In this document: positions 1 through 9,867 of the stretch, piece after piece
How positions within the stretch are numbered: the first letter of the stretch is position 1
How the letters are laid out: every line of letters starts with the position of its first letter
NCBI GenBank assembly: GCA_026413945.1
Contig: JAOAJX010000007.1
Span: forward strand, 1-35,103
DNA from: Candidatus Iainarchaeum sp.
GTDB taxonomy: Archaea; Iainarchaeota; Iainarchaeia; Iainarchaeales; DTGL01
Direction: 5' to 3'
Length of the DNA: 35,103 nt
The notes under the pieces: model-generated
Told to the model about the DNA's origin: nothing
Databases searched by the model: none
The model's input: only the letters and a program-made list of their open reading frames with translations
Program-made: the position numbers and the translations under genes

Positions 1-2
1 TT

Positions 3-1547
3 GTTGAATTTTCAAATGCAGGTTTTCCAGAGGGCCAAAAGTTACAGCGATGTGATGGTTTAGTGGCCTCTGCTGAGAATAATTGCCTCTATGTAAAAAT
101 ATCTCCATTAAAGAAGGTCTCACTGAGGCAACATGGTGGTAATATAGAATTTGATTATGTAAAACCATATGCTTTAATTTTCCATAAATTCGGACAGTTA
201 TTCTTTCATTTTGATTGGAAAGTAGATAAAAATGGATTAGTAGAAGTTGATAAAAATTATCTATCTTGCCCGAATAGAATAGTGGATTTCGAAAAGCTGA
301 TACAAATTGTTTTGACAAATGCTATTCAAAGTAAAGATTTTTGGAAAAACATAAAGAAAGAAATTTTGAATTATGGCCCATTTAGTACTTGGTATAAAAC
401 TTTAGCCAATTATAAAATCAAAGAAAATGTAGAACTTAATACTTCCAGAACAAGATGGGTAACTGATAAGAAAATACTAGAACTCAAAATCAATAGATTT
501 GGACATGCAATGGACCCTGAAAGAGGCATGTTAGCCTTTTATGGTACATTGACTCGCGTTGTCCCAAAGATGCTATTTGACCAAAGAAATGATGCATGGT
601 ATAAAGATATACCAAAAGAATCCGAGATTAGGAATTATATCAAGAAGAATCGATTAATTAAAGGTTATGATTTTCTCTATTGTTTTATGTTAGGTTCTGG
701 TTTATACAATAATAAGGATTTTATTCAAATCGTCTATAAGCACCGTAATGACAAATCTTCAAACATAGGAGTAGACATTACTGATTTTGTAAAGAAGAAC
801 TTTTCAGAAATTAATAAATCAATAAGAACTATCTTAAAATACTCGAACATGTTTATTATTGTAGACGAAAAACAAACACCAAGGGTTATTCTTAGATGGA
901 AAGATGCACACTCAACAAAAGAGTTTGGTAAAAATCCAGAAATAACTTTAATACAAAAAATATCTTCTTTAGACGAAGATGTTGTGACGTATATTACAAT
1001 AAATAATATTTTGAAATTAAACGGTTTTAAGATTCTTGCGGCGAGTTATCCAGGTGCACAAGCAGACAGGGTAATTTTAATTGAGCCTGGTACAGGAAGA
1101 AGACAAAAAAGAAAATATGTAGATATAATAGCATATCTTGAAAAAAAGAATATTACTTCGTTACAGGAAAATAAAGGCCCCTTTTCCATTTCTGCTATAC
1201 AAGAAGACATCAATGAGCTATCTAATTATAAGACTAATAAAAAATATAAAGAAGCACTCAAATATTTTCAAGATAGATTTGAACCAAAATCTGTAAATTC
1301 AATAATAAAAATAGGGGTAGGTTTCTGGTCAAACCCAAACTTTAAAATAAGTAAAATAAAAGATTTGGATTTAAAAGAGTTGGATTATTTTGTTTATATA
1401 ACTCCAAATATGAAAAATTGGAAAATTTGGAGAACAGGAATTAAAAATATGTTTTCAAAAACAAGCGGGGATGTGAAAATACCGTTAATTTATGAAGTTA
1501 TTGAAAATAAATCTAAAGGAATTAAGACGTTATCAAATTTTTATTAA
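3..1547 (+). CDS. 5'-truncated putative PD-(D/E)xK nuclease / restriction-endonuclease-like protein
   Basis: The frame is open from position 3 (VEFSNAGFPEGQKLQRCDGLV...), so the gene starts before the window. The C-terminal part has YVDIIAY...LQENKG, a D-x12-E-x-K pattern. Composition is visibly more AT-rich than neighbouring genes. Function is inferred. Confidence 0.45.
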   Translation, partial: VEFSNAGFPEGQKLQRCDGLVASAENNCLYVKISPLKKVSLRQHGGNIEFDYVKPYALIFHKFGQLFFHFDWKVDKNGLVEVDKNYLSCPNRIVDFEKLIQIVLTNAIQSKDFWKNIKKEILNYGPFSTWYKTLANYKIKENVELNTSRTRWVTDKKILELKINRFGHAMDPERGMLAFYGTLTRVVPKMLFDQRNDAWYKDIPKESEIRNYIKKNRLIKGYDFLYCFMLGSGLYNNKDFIQIVYKHRNDKSSNIGVDITDFVKKNFSEINKSIRTILKYSNMFIIVDEKQTPRVILRWKDAHSTKEFGKNPEITLIQKISSLDEDVVTYITINNILKLNGFKILAASYPGAQADRVILIEPGTGRRQKRKYVDIIAYLEKKNITSLQENKGPFSISAIQEDINELSNYKTNKKYKEALKYFQDRFEPKSVNSIIKIGVGFWSNPNFKISKIKDLDLKELDYFVYITPNMKNWKIWRTGIKNMFSKTSGDVKIPLIYEVIENKSKGIKTLSNFY

Positions 1548-1617
1548 AGAATAATAAGCAAATATTACCTTAAAGGTTCAATAAATAAATTTAAAACACA
1601 ATAATATTGGTGGTAGG

Positions 1618-2532
1618 TTGGCCAACAGAGTTATAGTTACTTGCAAAAGCAATGTGGATATTGCAAAAGAAATTGCAAAATGCATGAAAGCCAAACTCGG
1701 AAAGCTCTCTTTTTCTAAATTCCCTGATTTTGAATCCTACTGCAAGTTTGGAGAGCAACTTTCCGGCAGACATGTTTTTATAGTACAATCAACGTGCTGT
1801 CCGGCAAACGAAAACCTAATGGAGCTTTTAATTGCGATAGACGCTGCAAGAAGCTCCGGTGCGAAAAGGATTACTGCAGTAATACCTTATTATGGTTATG
1901 CAAGGCAGGATAGGCAGTCAAAACCGGGTGAGCCAATAACTGCAGCACTTGTTGCAAAGCTGCTAAAGGCAGCTGGCGCTGATTCTATAATAACTATGGA
2001 CTTGCATTCAAAAGCCGTTGAAAAGGCAATAAAAGTTAATAAAACCCATCTACACGCATACCCTGCAATAGCATCTTATTTCAAAGCAAAAAAAATTAGG
2101 AATTTATGCATAGTGGCACCTGATAAAGGTGCTTTAAAAAATGCTAAGCTTTATGCTAAGGCACTCGGGGCAAAAACTGCTTTTATTGAAAAGAAGCGTA
2201 AAAGTGCAACAGAGGTTGAAGCAATGAGCATAAGCAGTAATATCAACGGCTTAAATTGCCTTATAATTGACGATATAATAAGCACTGCGGGCACTATATG
2301 TGAAAGCGCAGCCATGCTTAAGAAATTAGGTGCGGAGAATATTTATGTTGCTGCAACCCACGGAGTTCTCGCTGGGAAAGCAATTCAGAAACTAAAAAAA
2401 GCACCTATAAAGGAAGTTGTTGTTACAAATACAATACCACAAGAGCAAAATAAAAGAAAATTGAAAAAACTCAAAATCGTGAGCGTTGCAAAGCTTTTTT
2501 GCAAAGCAATACGCAGAGAAAGTGGAAAATAA
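1618..2532 (+). CDS. prs: Ribose-phosphate pyrophosphokinase (PRPP synthetase)
   Basis: Motifs FPDFES, VIPYYGYARQDR, MDLHS, VAPDKG, IIDDIISTAGT (PRPP-binding loop), ATHGV, VTNTIP. TTG start after GGTGGT. Confidence 0.97.
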   Translation: MANRVIVTCKSNVDIAKEIAKCMKAKLGKLSFSKFPDFESYCKFGEQLSGRHVFIVQSTCCPANENLMELLIAIDAARSSGAKRITAVIPYYGYARQDRQSKPGEPITAALVAKLLKAAGADSIITMDLHSKAVEKAIKVNKTHLHAYPAIASYFKAKKIRNLCIVAPDKGALKNAKLYAKALGAKTAFIEKKRKSATEVEAMSISSNINGLNCLIIDDIISTAGTICESAAMLKKLGAENIYVAATHGVLAGKAIQKLKKAPIKEVVVTNTIPQEQNKRKLKKLKIVSVAKLFCKAIRRESGK

Positions 2533-2562
2533 AAATATAAATAACAAAATATTACTCTAATT

Positions 2563-3690
2563 ATGCCCTTATCAAAAAGACCGAGTTCGAAGCTAAAAAT
2601 AGAGAGAGCAACTTTTGCAAAACTTAAGCAGCTAGTGAGAACACTAGAAGAAAGATATGGAGTAGTTGATAAAAATCAAAGGCGTGAGATAATTGCAGAC
2701 ATAGAGAAGCAACGCTGGGATGAAAAACAAAAATTCTGGAGCAAAAAAGTGGTTGAGAGGGGTGGCTCTGCAGCATTCAAAAGAACAACTTACAGAGCAT
2801 TAAATAAGCTTCTTGTGTTATCACTGCAATTGGAAATGGCAAACACAAGCTTAAAAAGAAGAAATATAATGTTGCAGATGAGAAGGATTCAGCTACCGAG
2901 TCAAGATCTTGAGGCTAAGTTCTCACAAAAAGCCAGGCTTGACATAGAAGCTGCTAAAAGTGTCCCAATGCACGCTTTATTAAGCTGTTACAGAAATAGA
3001 GCTACTCCATCTTCAGAGAAGATTGAAGCGTTAAGGACAATACAACATCTTTATCCTGTGGGCATAAGAAGAATTATCGTTAGACTATTTGAGGAAAGAC
3101 CGCCGGAGAGAGCAGTAAGAAATGAAATGATAAGGATCCTTTCCTCAAGCAGATCAGCAACATTCCCAGAAGCAATTAAAAAGAGATTCATAGAATCGGG
3201 AAATCTCGATGCAAAAATATTTGGCATAGAGGTCTTAGCTAACACCCCGAGTGTATTTGCTTTGACTACTTTAGCTAATATTGTTAAACCCCAAACACTT
3301 GAGTTACGCTTATTCAAGGAAGAGCTAACAAAACGTGGCCGTGAGGAAATGAAAAGGGTACTTTCAGACAAGAACCTTCTTGAAAATGCGGTAGAAGAAG
3401 CAAAAAATTTCCTTTATGAGATGAGAAACAAAGCTGCAATGGCAGAACATGTAGAAGTATCCTTCTATGCAGGCATATATGTTGTTGGGCTAGCATCAAG
3501 AGGCATAAGGGATTGGCTTAGTGTATATGGAAGGCAACTAGTACAAAAAGAAGCCCTAACAGATATATTAAACAGCTTGCAGAAGCAAAGAACCGAAATC
3601 ATGAAGTTTCATGGAAAGCACAAGGCTGTAAGTTATGCAATAAAAGAAATAGATAAAACAATTAATTTTCTACGGGATTACATCTGGTAG
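2563..3690 (+). CDS. Hypothetical basic, helical protein (possible HEAT-like segment)
   Basis: 375-aa ORF, K/R-rich and helical-looking. The segment AKIFGIEVLANTPSVFALTTLANIV resembles a HEAT repeat. TATA-like TATAAATA shortly upstream. Confidence 0.7.
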   Translation: MPLSKRPSSKLKIERATFAKLKQLVRTLEERYGVVDKNQRREIIADIEKQRWDEKQKFWSKKVVERGGSAAFKRTTYRALNKLLVLSLQLEMANTSLKRRNIMLQMRRIQLPSQDLEAKFSQKARLDIEAAKSVPMHALLSCYRNRATPSSEKIEALRTIQHLYPVGIRRIIVRLFEERPPERAVRNEMIRILSSSRSATFPEAIKKRFIESGNLDAKIFGIEVLANTPSVFALTTLANIVKPQTLELRLFKEELTKRGREEMKRVLSDKNLLENAVEEAKNFLYEMRNKAAMAEHVEVSFYAGIYVVGLASRGIRDWLSVYGRQLVQKEALTDILNSLQKQRTEIMKFHGKHKAVSYAIKEIDKTINFLRDYIW

Positions 3691-3741
3691 GAATAATTTA
3701 TTTAAAAAAATTTGTCACATTTTTTGTATGGGTGATTCATT

Positions 3742-4116
3742 ATGACACTACTAATGGAAGTATACAAATGCGCAATATGTGGTAATATTGTGGAAGTGCT
3801 ACATGCTGGTAAAGGCACACTGGTTTGTTGTGGTCAGCCCATGAACCTGCTCAAAGAAAAAACTGAAGATGTTGGGCAGGAAAAGCATGTACCGGTAATA
3901 GAGAAAAGCAAGGTGGGGGTTATAGTAAAAGTTGGCTCTATCGCGCATCCAATGGAACAAGCGCACTATATAGAATGGATTGCAATATTGACAGATGGTG
4001 GTATTTACAGGAGATTCTTAAATCCTGGTGACAAGCCAGAAGCAGAATTTGTAGTAAAAGGCAAAGTACTAAGTGCAAAAGAGTATTGCAACATACACGG
4101 CCTTTGGAAAAAATAG
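3742..4116 (+). CDS. dfx: Desulfoferrodoxin (2Fe superoxide reductase)
   Basis: Desulforedoxin centre YKCAICGN...VCCGQPM, plus SOR ligands EKHVP, HPM, HYIEWI, CNIHGLW. RBS GGTGA. Confidence 0.97.
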   Translation: MTLLMEVYKCAICGNIVEVLHAGKGTLVCCGQPMNLLKEKTEDVGQEKHVPVIEKSKVGVIVKVGSIAHPMEQAHYIEWIAILTDGGIYRRFLNPGDKPEAEFVVKGKVLSAKEYCNIHGLWKK

Positions 4117-4506
4117 CTAACGAACATGTTTCCTCAATGGGCTTTTTCTCCGTAAATCAAAAGAGTATCTCTTAGCTATTGGCTTAAGCCAAAAAAACAA
4201 AGGCCTGGTGTAGGTGTGATGAAGAGCAGTTGAATGCAAAATTAGCTTTCCCTTGTAGCCATTTTTGCGGCACCATCTGCATAAATAAAGGCCAGCTGGT
4301 AATGAAAACGGGCTTTTTGGCGCTCTAAAGAAAAGGTCTGTTAGAACCACATCAAACTTATTTTCTTGCATTAACTTCTTTGCTTCTGATATCGAAGAAG
4401 ATAAAAAAACTTCAAAGCCAATGCATTCGTATTGCTTCTTTAGTGCCATGCGAACAGATAGCTTGTCATCAACAATAAGTATTTTTTGCTTTTTGCAATC
4501 AACCAT
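4117..4506 (-). CDS. Stand-alone response-regulator receiver (CheY-like) domain protein
   Basis: KILIVDD acidic pocket, FDVVLTD phospho-acceptor Asp, G-L after the loop, LILHST. Start reassigned to ATG 4506 (MVDCKKQK), which avoids overlap with the divergent HD gene. Confidence 0.8.
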   Translation of the reverse strand: MVDCKKQKILIVDDKLSVRMALKKQYECIGFEVFLSSSISEAKKLMQENKFDVVLTDLFFRAPKSPFSLPAGLYLCRWCRKNGYKGKLILHSTALHHTYTRPLFFWLKPIAKRYSFDLRRKSPLRKHVR

Positions 4507-4526
4507 TGTAATTATAATATGAGGGA

Positions 4527-5225
4527 GTGATTTATATAGGAAACGCAAAAAATCTTGAACCAAAATATATGAGGCTTTTAAAGTGTGTTGAAAAAGAGCT
4601 TGCATGTTCAGCGCACGATATAGAGCATGTTATGCGTGTCTATAATCTATGCTTGCTTCTCTCCGCGGATGAAGATGACATAGACTTAGATGTATTAAAA
4701 AGCGCTGCAATTTTGCATGATATTGCAAGGGTAAAGGAAGACTCAAATAAGAGTGGCCGCATAGATCATGCCATTCTCGGTGCTAAGGTGGCTAAAAAGC
4801 TGCTTGCAAAAAATGGTTACAGCGAGGAAAAAATAGAAAAAATAGCACATTGCATTGAGGCACACAGATTAAGAGGAACAATAAAGCCAAAAACTAAAGA
4901 GGCCAAAATTCTTTACGATGCTGATAAGGTTGATGTGCTTGGTGCAGTTGGCATTGCAAGATGCTTTGCTCTCGGAGGTAGATATGGCCAAAGATTATAT
5001 GCAAAGGCTAATTTACGCAAATATATCAAAGAAAACACAATTTCTGGGAGTGGTCGCATAAAAGATATAAGTAAGCATACACCTAACCTAGAGTATGAGC
5101 TAAAGCTTAAGCATATACCAAAGATGCTCTATACAAAGAAAGCAAAGAAGATTGCCAGTAAGCGAATGCAGATAATGAAAAAATTCTTCAGTCAGATGAA
5201 GCAAGAGATAGAAGGCAAAATTTAG
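4527..5225 (+). CDS. HD-domain metal-dependent phosphohydrolase (YedJ-like)
   Basis: AHDIEHVMRV, AAILHDI, DHA, IEAHR, EAKILYDADKVDVLGAVGIAR. The start could alternatively be ATG 4569. Confidence 0.92.
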   Translation: MIYIGNAKNLEPKYMRLLKCVEKELACSAHDIEHVMRVYNLCLLLSADEDDIDLDVLKSAAILHDIARVKEDSNKSGRIDHAILGAKVAKKLLAKNGYSEEKIEKIAHCIEAHRLRGTIKPKTKEAKILYDADKVDVLGAVGIARCFALGGRYGQRLYAKANLRKYIKENTISGSGRIKDISKHTPNLEYELKLKHIPKMLYTKKAKKIASKRMQIMKKFFSQMKQEIEGKI

Positions 5226-5281
5226 AAAAAATGCAAACAACAAATAATTTAAATACAATTGCATTTTTATTTTTGGTGTGG

Positions 5282-5734
5282 ATGTTGAAAATTGCTCATA
5301 AACCAAATACGGCTGATGAGAGCGGAATGCATGAGCTTATGACCGCTTTTTTCTTAGTTGTGATCGTTATTTCTGTTGTCACTATGTTAATTTATTTCAA
5401 CTACCAGGGTGCAATAAGGCAAAGCATAATGGCTGAACAGATTTATAAAATGAGATATTATACCACATTGAGAAATCAAATAGATAATTGCTTAAAAGCA
5501 TATGAAAAAAACAATACTGCTTTGCTTATATCCGAGTTGGGTAAGTGCATACCGGATGAATCCAAAGGCTACTCGATAGAAAGGATTGCAAACTATGACT
5601 GCAATTATGGCTACTTTGAAGCTGGAGACACAAACAACTGCGAGACACAGCTCATCTTTTATAGCAACATACCACAAGATTTAACAAAAAGCTGTCTTGT
5701 GAAGATGCGTGTCTGCTTACAAGGCAGCATTTAA
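5282..5734 (+). CDS. Hypothetical single-pass membrane protein with Cys-containing extracellular domain (possibly pilin-like)
   Basis: Probable start ATG 5282 after GGTG (the ORF track starts at 5231). N-terminal hydrophobic helix after ...ESG-MHELM, then 6 Cys. Confidence 0.6.
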   Translation: MLKIAHKPNTADESGMHELMTAFFLVVIVISVVTMLIYFNYQGAIRQSIMAEQIYKMRYYTTLRNQIDNCLKAYEKNNTALLISELGKCIPDESKGYSIERIANYDCNYGYFEAGDTNNCETQLIFYSNIPQDLTKSCLVKMRVCLQGSI

Positions 5735-5871
5735 GTCATTTCAGGCTTCAGGGTGTTCGCTTTTTTCCTTAACATTTGGTGACTATTAAAAGCAATATCC
5801 TTCAAATCTTTTATTATTACAGCAAACAAAAAAATAAATAGGAGAAAAACAAATAATATGCAGGTGGTATC

Positions 5872-7122
5872 ATGAAAAAACCTTTTAAATTCCTTTTTCT
5901 TGCATTTACAGTGCTACTTTTTTTGTTGGCCTCTTCTGCAACAAAGATGAGCATAATCCCGGGCATAATGCATAGAAATGATTATTATGCAGTTTCCTTT
6001 GATGGCGAAGGAGATGCGATTGTAAGGGCTAAGTTTAGCTTAGTAAATCACGGCAAAGAGTCAATAAACCAGATACGCTTTCAGCTCCCGCAAAACGCAT
6101 TAGTGTATTTTGTTGCTCGATGTCCAGCAACATGGGGAACTTATTACTATGATAAAAGTGATTATTATGATTACAAAAAACTCGATTTTAACATGGAACG
6201 CTATGCCGACTCTCTTAATGTCAGGGTTTTCCTTTCAGAAGAGCTTAAACCAAACACATCGGTTGAAATATTTATGCTTTACAAAGTGTCGGCGCTCGCA
6301 AAGAAGGACTTTTTAGGCAACTTTAATTTTGAGTTTAAGACCGCAATAGACACTGATGCCGTACTGACGGAAGAAGTCAGGGTTGCGGTTAACACACAAC
6401 CTGGTTTTGTGCTTAAGGGTGCGAAAAGCGAGGTAAACTATAAGCAGGACTTCTTCTCAGAAGCTGCGGCAGTGAAAGTAGCCCAGGAGTTCCCAGTAGC
6501 CAAACCAGGATATTATGATAATTATTACAATATAGAATACGTGCAAGGGCTTGTAAAGGAAGCTTATTCACTTGATCAGTATGAATCATTCACCGTTAGG
6601 GGCTCTTACTCTGAGAATGGCCTTATCCTTTACCTTCCGGAAATATTGATAGGCATCTTGGTTCTTGCAATAATTTTCGGTGTCATCGCATTTGCAATCA
6701 AAAGGTTTGCGAAAAAAGCATTGCAGACAAAGGCAAAGGTTAAAGATGATGTGCTGCCAAAGCAGCCAATAAAAGAGCTTATTGTGGAAACTTATAAAAG
6801 CACGTTCGCGACGGTTATTCTCACCGCCTTAGCAATTGCTGGGCTTGTTATAATAACAGTCTTTGTTTCGGCCGCTTTCATGGATGCTATATGGAGAATC
6901 GGGCTTATAGATTATAGTTATAAGGGAGTGCTGTTGCTGATATACATGGTAATTGTTGCATCGTTTGTAATATTGGAGTTTGCCTTGCCTTCATACTTCG
7001 TTTACAAGAAGCACTCATTGATTGCCGGCCTTGCAACCTTTCTGCTTTCCTTGCTATTCATCTTCATAATAGTGTTTGCAATTGGGGTTTTAATGAAGGC
7101 AGGAAGAACTGTTTATTATTAA
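5872..7122 (+). CDS. Hypothetical membrane protein: signal peptide, beta-rich extracellular domain, 4 C-terminal TM helices
   Basis: MKKPFKFLFLAF... signal peptide and four hydrophobic stretches in the C-terminal 165 aa. RBS AGGTGG. Confidence 0.8.
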   Translation: MKKPFKFLFLAFTVLLFLLASSATKMSIIPGIMHRNDYYAVSFDGEGDAIVRAKFSLVNHGKESINQIRFQLPQNALVYFVARCPATWGTYYYDKSDYYDYKKLDFNMERYADSLNVRVFLSEELKPNTSVEIFMLYKVSALAKKDFLGNFNFEFKTAIDTDAVLTEEVRVAVNTQPGFVLKGAKSEVNYKQDFFSEAAAVKVAQEFPVAKPGYYDNYYNIEYVQGLVKEAYSLDQYESFTVRGSYSENGLILYLPEILIGILVLAIIFGVIAFAIKRFAKKALQTKAKVKDDVLPKQPIKELIVETYKSTFATVILTALAIAGLVIITVFVSAAFMDAIWRIGLIDYSYKGVLLLIYMVIVASFVILEFALPSYFVYKKHSLIAGLATFLLSLLFIFIIVFAIGVLMKAGRTVYY

Positions 7123-7231
7123 GCAAAGAATCGCAAAAGAAACATCTTTTTATTTTTAATATGCCTTATTCTATTACTCCGTCAAGACGCACCCTAAAGT
7201 AGCCTGTTCTTTTTAATCAAAGGAGATTATT

Positions 7232-9820
7232 ATGCCTATTGAGTTTGACAAGGAAAAGTTAAGTGATGAGCAGCTTTTTGCAATGCTGCACCCTTTGCTT
7301 TCAGATTGGTTTAAAAATAAATTTGGAAGCTTTACTGAAGCGCAGCGCTATGCGATAAAGAACATATGCTATTTACAAAATACCTTAATAAGCGCCCCCA
7401 CTGGCACAGGAAAAACCCTTTCTGCATTTGCTGCTGTTCTAAGCGAACTTATCACGCTTTCTGAAAGAAAAGAGCTTGAAGACAGGGTTTATTGCATATA
7501 CTGTTCCCCTTTGAAAGCACTGTCAAGGGACATAGAAAGAAACCTCAACGAGCCACTGAATGAGATAAACGAGTCTGCAAAAAAAATAGGCAAAGGTCTT
7601 AACATCAGAGTTGCCGTGAGAACTGGTGACACAAGCACGAGCGAAAGAAGCGCCATGCTTAAAAAGCCGCCGCACATCCTAATAACAACGCCAGAAAGCT
7701 TAGCCATAGTGCTAAATGCACCAAAATTCAGGGAAAATTTGAAGGAAGCAAAGTGGCTAATTATTGACGAAATACATGCGCTTGCAGAAAACAAGCGCGG
7801 AGTGCATCTCTCCCTAACTATGGAACGCATACAGCGCTTAAATCCTGCTGTATGCAGGATAGGCCTCAGCGCAACTATAGCGCCAATCGAGGAGATAGCA
7901 AAGTTTCTTGTGGGTTACGATGGCGGAGAACCAAGAAATTGCAAAATAGTAGATGTAAGTTTCCCTAAAAGCTTAGACATTGCAGTAATAAGCCCAATCA
8001 AAGATCTTGTAAATGTCACTCAAGAAGAAATAAGTGAAAAGCTTTATTCTAAGCTTGATGAGCTAATACAACAGCATAAAACAACCCTTGTTTTTACAAA
8101 CACGAGATCAGCAACTGAGCGTGTGGTAAACCATTTAAAGGAAAAGTTTCCTGGCAAGTATGAAGGTCTTATAGGTGCACATCATTCTTCAGTAAGCAAA
8201 GAAAAACGCTTATCCATAGAAGAGCGCCTCAAACAAGGTAAACTTAGAGCTGTAGTTTGCAGTACTTCTCTAGAACTTGGCATTGATATTGGTTATATTG
8301 ATCTTGTTGCCCTTATAGGATCTCCAAAAAGCATATCAAGGACACTGCAGCGTATAGGCAGAAGTGGTCATAGGCTACATGATGTGATAAAGGGCAGAAT
8401 ACTTGTACTTGACAGAGATGACTTGGTGGAATGCACAATTCTTGCGAAATGCGCAAAGGAAAGGAAGCTTGATAAGATAAGCATTCCCAAAAACTGCCTT
8501 GACGTACTTGCACAACAAATCTTTGGAATTGCAATTGAAGATCGCATACATGTAAACGAACTTTTTGATCTTGTCAGAAAAAGTTACTGCTATAGAAACC
8601 TTGAAAGAAAGGATTTCAATGATGTTATAAGCTACCTTGCAGGTGATTACAGCACATTGGAAACAAGACACGTTTATGGAAAGATATGGTATGACAGAGA
8701 AACAGGACTTATAGGACGCAGAGGTAAAACTGCAAGGGTTATTTACATGACAAACATTGGCACAATTCCGGACGAAGCCAAAGTAAAGGTTAAGCTTGGC
8801 AACATCACAATAGGTTATCTTGACGAAGCTTTTTTAGAAAGACTGCGCAAAGGAGATGTTTTCACTTTAGGTGGGGAAAAATATATGTTCATATATTCCA
8901 GAGGAATGACAATTCAAGTAAAAAGCGCTGAAAAGATGCCACCCACAATACCAACCTGGGTTTCGGAAATGCTGCCATTGAACTTCGACTCAGCAATGGA
9001 AATACAACGCTTCAGGAGACTTGTAGCAGAAAAATTTGAAAACAAAAGAAGCAAAAGTGAAATTATGGATTTCTTAAAAGAATATGGAAAATGCGATGGT
9101 TTTACTGCCGAAACAATTTACAATTACTTTTACCAGCAACAAAGATATGCAAAAATACCACATTTGAATCTTTTGCTTATAGAGCAAATAAAGGATGAGG
9201 AAGGAAATCATGTTGTCTTTCACACTCTTTTTGGAAGGCGTGTTAATGATGCGCTTAGCAGAGCTCTTGCCTGGATAATGTCAAAGCTGACAAGTTTAGA
9301 TATAACGTTAAGCATAAACGACAACGGTTTCATATTAAGTTCCCGGGGCAAGATGCCGGTAGAAAATGCATTTGGAGTTCTTCAGAAAAGTGAGCTTGAA
9401 ATTGTGCTTAAGCAAGCGATTGAAGATTCTGAGATATTAAAAAGGAGGTTTAGGCATTGCGCGACAAGGGCTTTGATGATTCTTAGGCAATACCGTGGTA
9501 GAGAAAAAAGTGTTGCTAAACAGCAAATGAGCTCTGGTCTTCTCATAAACGCTGTTAAGCGCATAGATCCTGATTTCTGCATACTGCGTGAAGCAAGACG
9601 CGAAGTTATGGAAGATGCAATGGATATTGAAAATGCAAAAAAAGTGATAGAAATGCTAAAGACAGGGACAATTAAAATTGTAAAAATTGACCTTCCGTAT
9701 CCAAGTCCTTTTGCATTTAATATATTCGCAATGGGACGCTCTGAGCTTGTTAGAATAGATAGCAGGATTGAGTTCATAAGGCGAATACATGAAAAGGTAA
9801 TGGAGAAAATTAGCAGCTAA
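7232..9820 (+). CDS. lhr: Lhr family ATP-dependent SF2 helicase (archaeal Lhr / Lhr-core type)
   Basis: Walker A APTGTGKT, SPLKAL, TTPESL, DEIH, SAT, HHSS, TSLELGIDIG, QRIGRSGH, and the Lhr-typical GTIPD and GRRVNDALSR. Confidence 0.95.
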   Translation: MPIEFDKEKLSDEQLFAMLHPLLSDWFKNKFGSFTEAQRYAIKNICYLQNTLISAPTGTGKTLSAFAAVLSELITLSERKELEDRVYCIYCSPLKALSRDIERNLNEPLNEINESAKKIGKGLNIRVAVRTGDTSTSERSAMLKKPPHILITTPESLAIVLNAPKFRENLKEAKWLIIDEIHALAENKRGVHLSLTMERIQRLNPAVCRIGLSATIAPIEEIAKFLVGYDGGEPRNCKIVDVSFPKSLDIAVISPIKDLVNVTQEEISEKLYSKLDELIQQHKTTLVFTNTRSATERVVNHLKEKFPGKYEGLIGAHHSSVSKEKRLSIEERLKQGKLRAVVCSTSLELGIDIGYIDLVALIGSPKSISRTLQRIGRSGHRLHDVIKGRILVLDRDDLVECTILAKCAKERKLDKISIPKNCLDVLAQQIFGIAIEDRIHVNELFDLVRKSYCYRNLERKDFNDVISYLAGDYSTLETRHVYGKIWYDRETGLIGRRGKTARVIYMTNIGTIPDEAKVKVKLGNITIGYLDEAFLERLRKGDVFTLGGEKYMFIYSRGMTIQVKSAEKMPPTIPTWVSEMLPLNFDSAMEIQRFRRLVAEKFENKRSKSEIMDFLKEYGKCDGFTAETIYNYFYQQQRYAKIPHLNLLLIEQIKDEEGNHVVFHTLFGRRVNDALSRALAWIMSKLTSLDITLSINDNGFILSSRGKMPVENAFGVLQKSELEIVLKQAIEDSEILKRRFRHCATRALMILRQYRGREKSVAKQQMSSGLLINAVKRIDPDFCILREARREVMEDAMDIENAKKVIEMLKTGTIKIVKIDLPYPSPFAFNIFAMGRSELVRIDSRIEFIRRIHEKVMEKISS

Positions 9821-9848
9821 TTTTGTAAATAGTCAAAAAATGATCGGA

Positions 9849-9867
9849 GCGCCAGCATAGCTGGCGC
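9849..9867. terminator. GC-rich hairpin between convergent genes (terminator-like)
   Basis: Perfect 8-bp inverted repeat GCGCCAGC-ATA-GCTGGCGC. On the minus strand a T6 tract follows 8 nt later. Confidence 0.55.

Noticed and set aside
5731-5775. 14-aa minus-strand ORF MLRKKANTLKPEMT
   Set aside because: Too short, with no RBS or other support.
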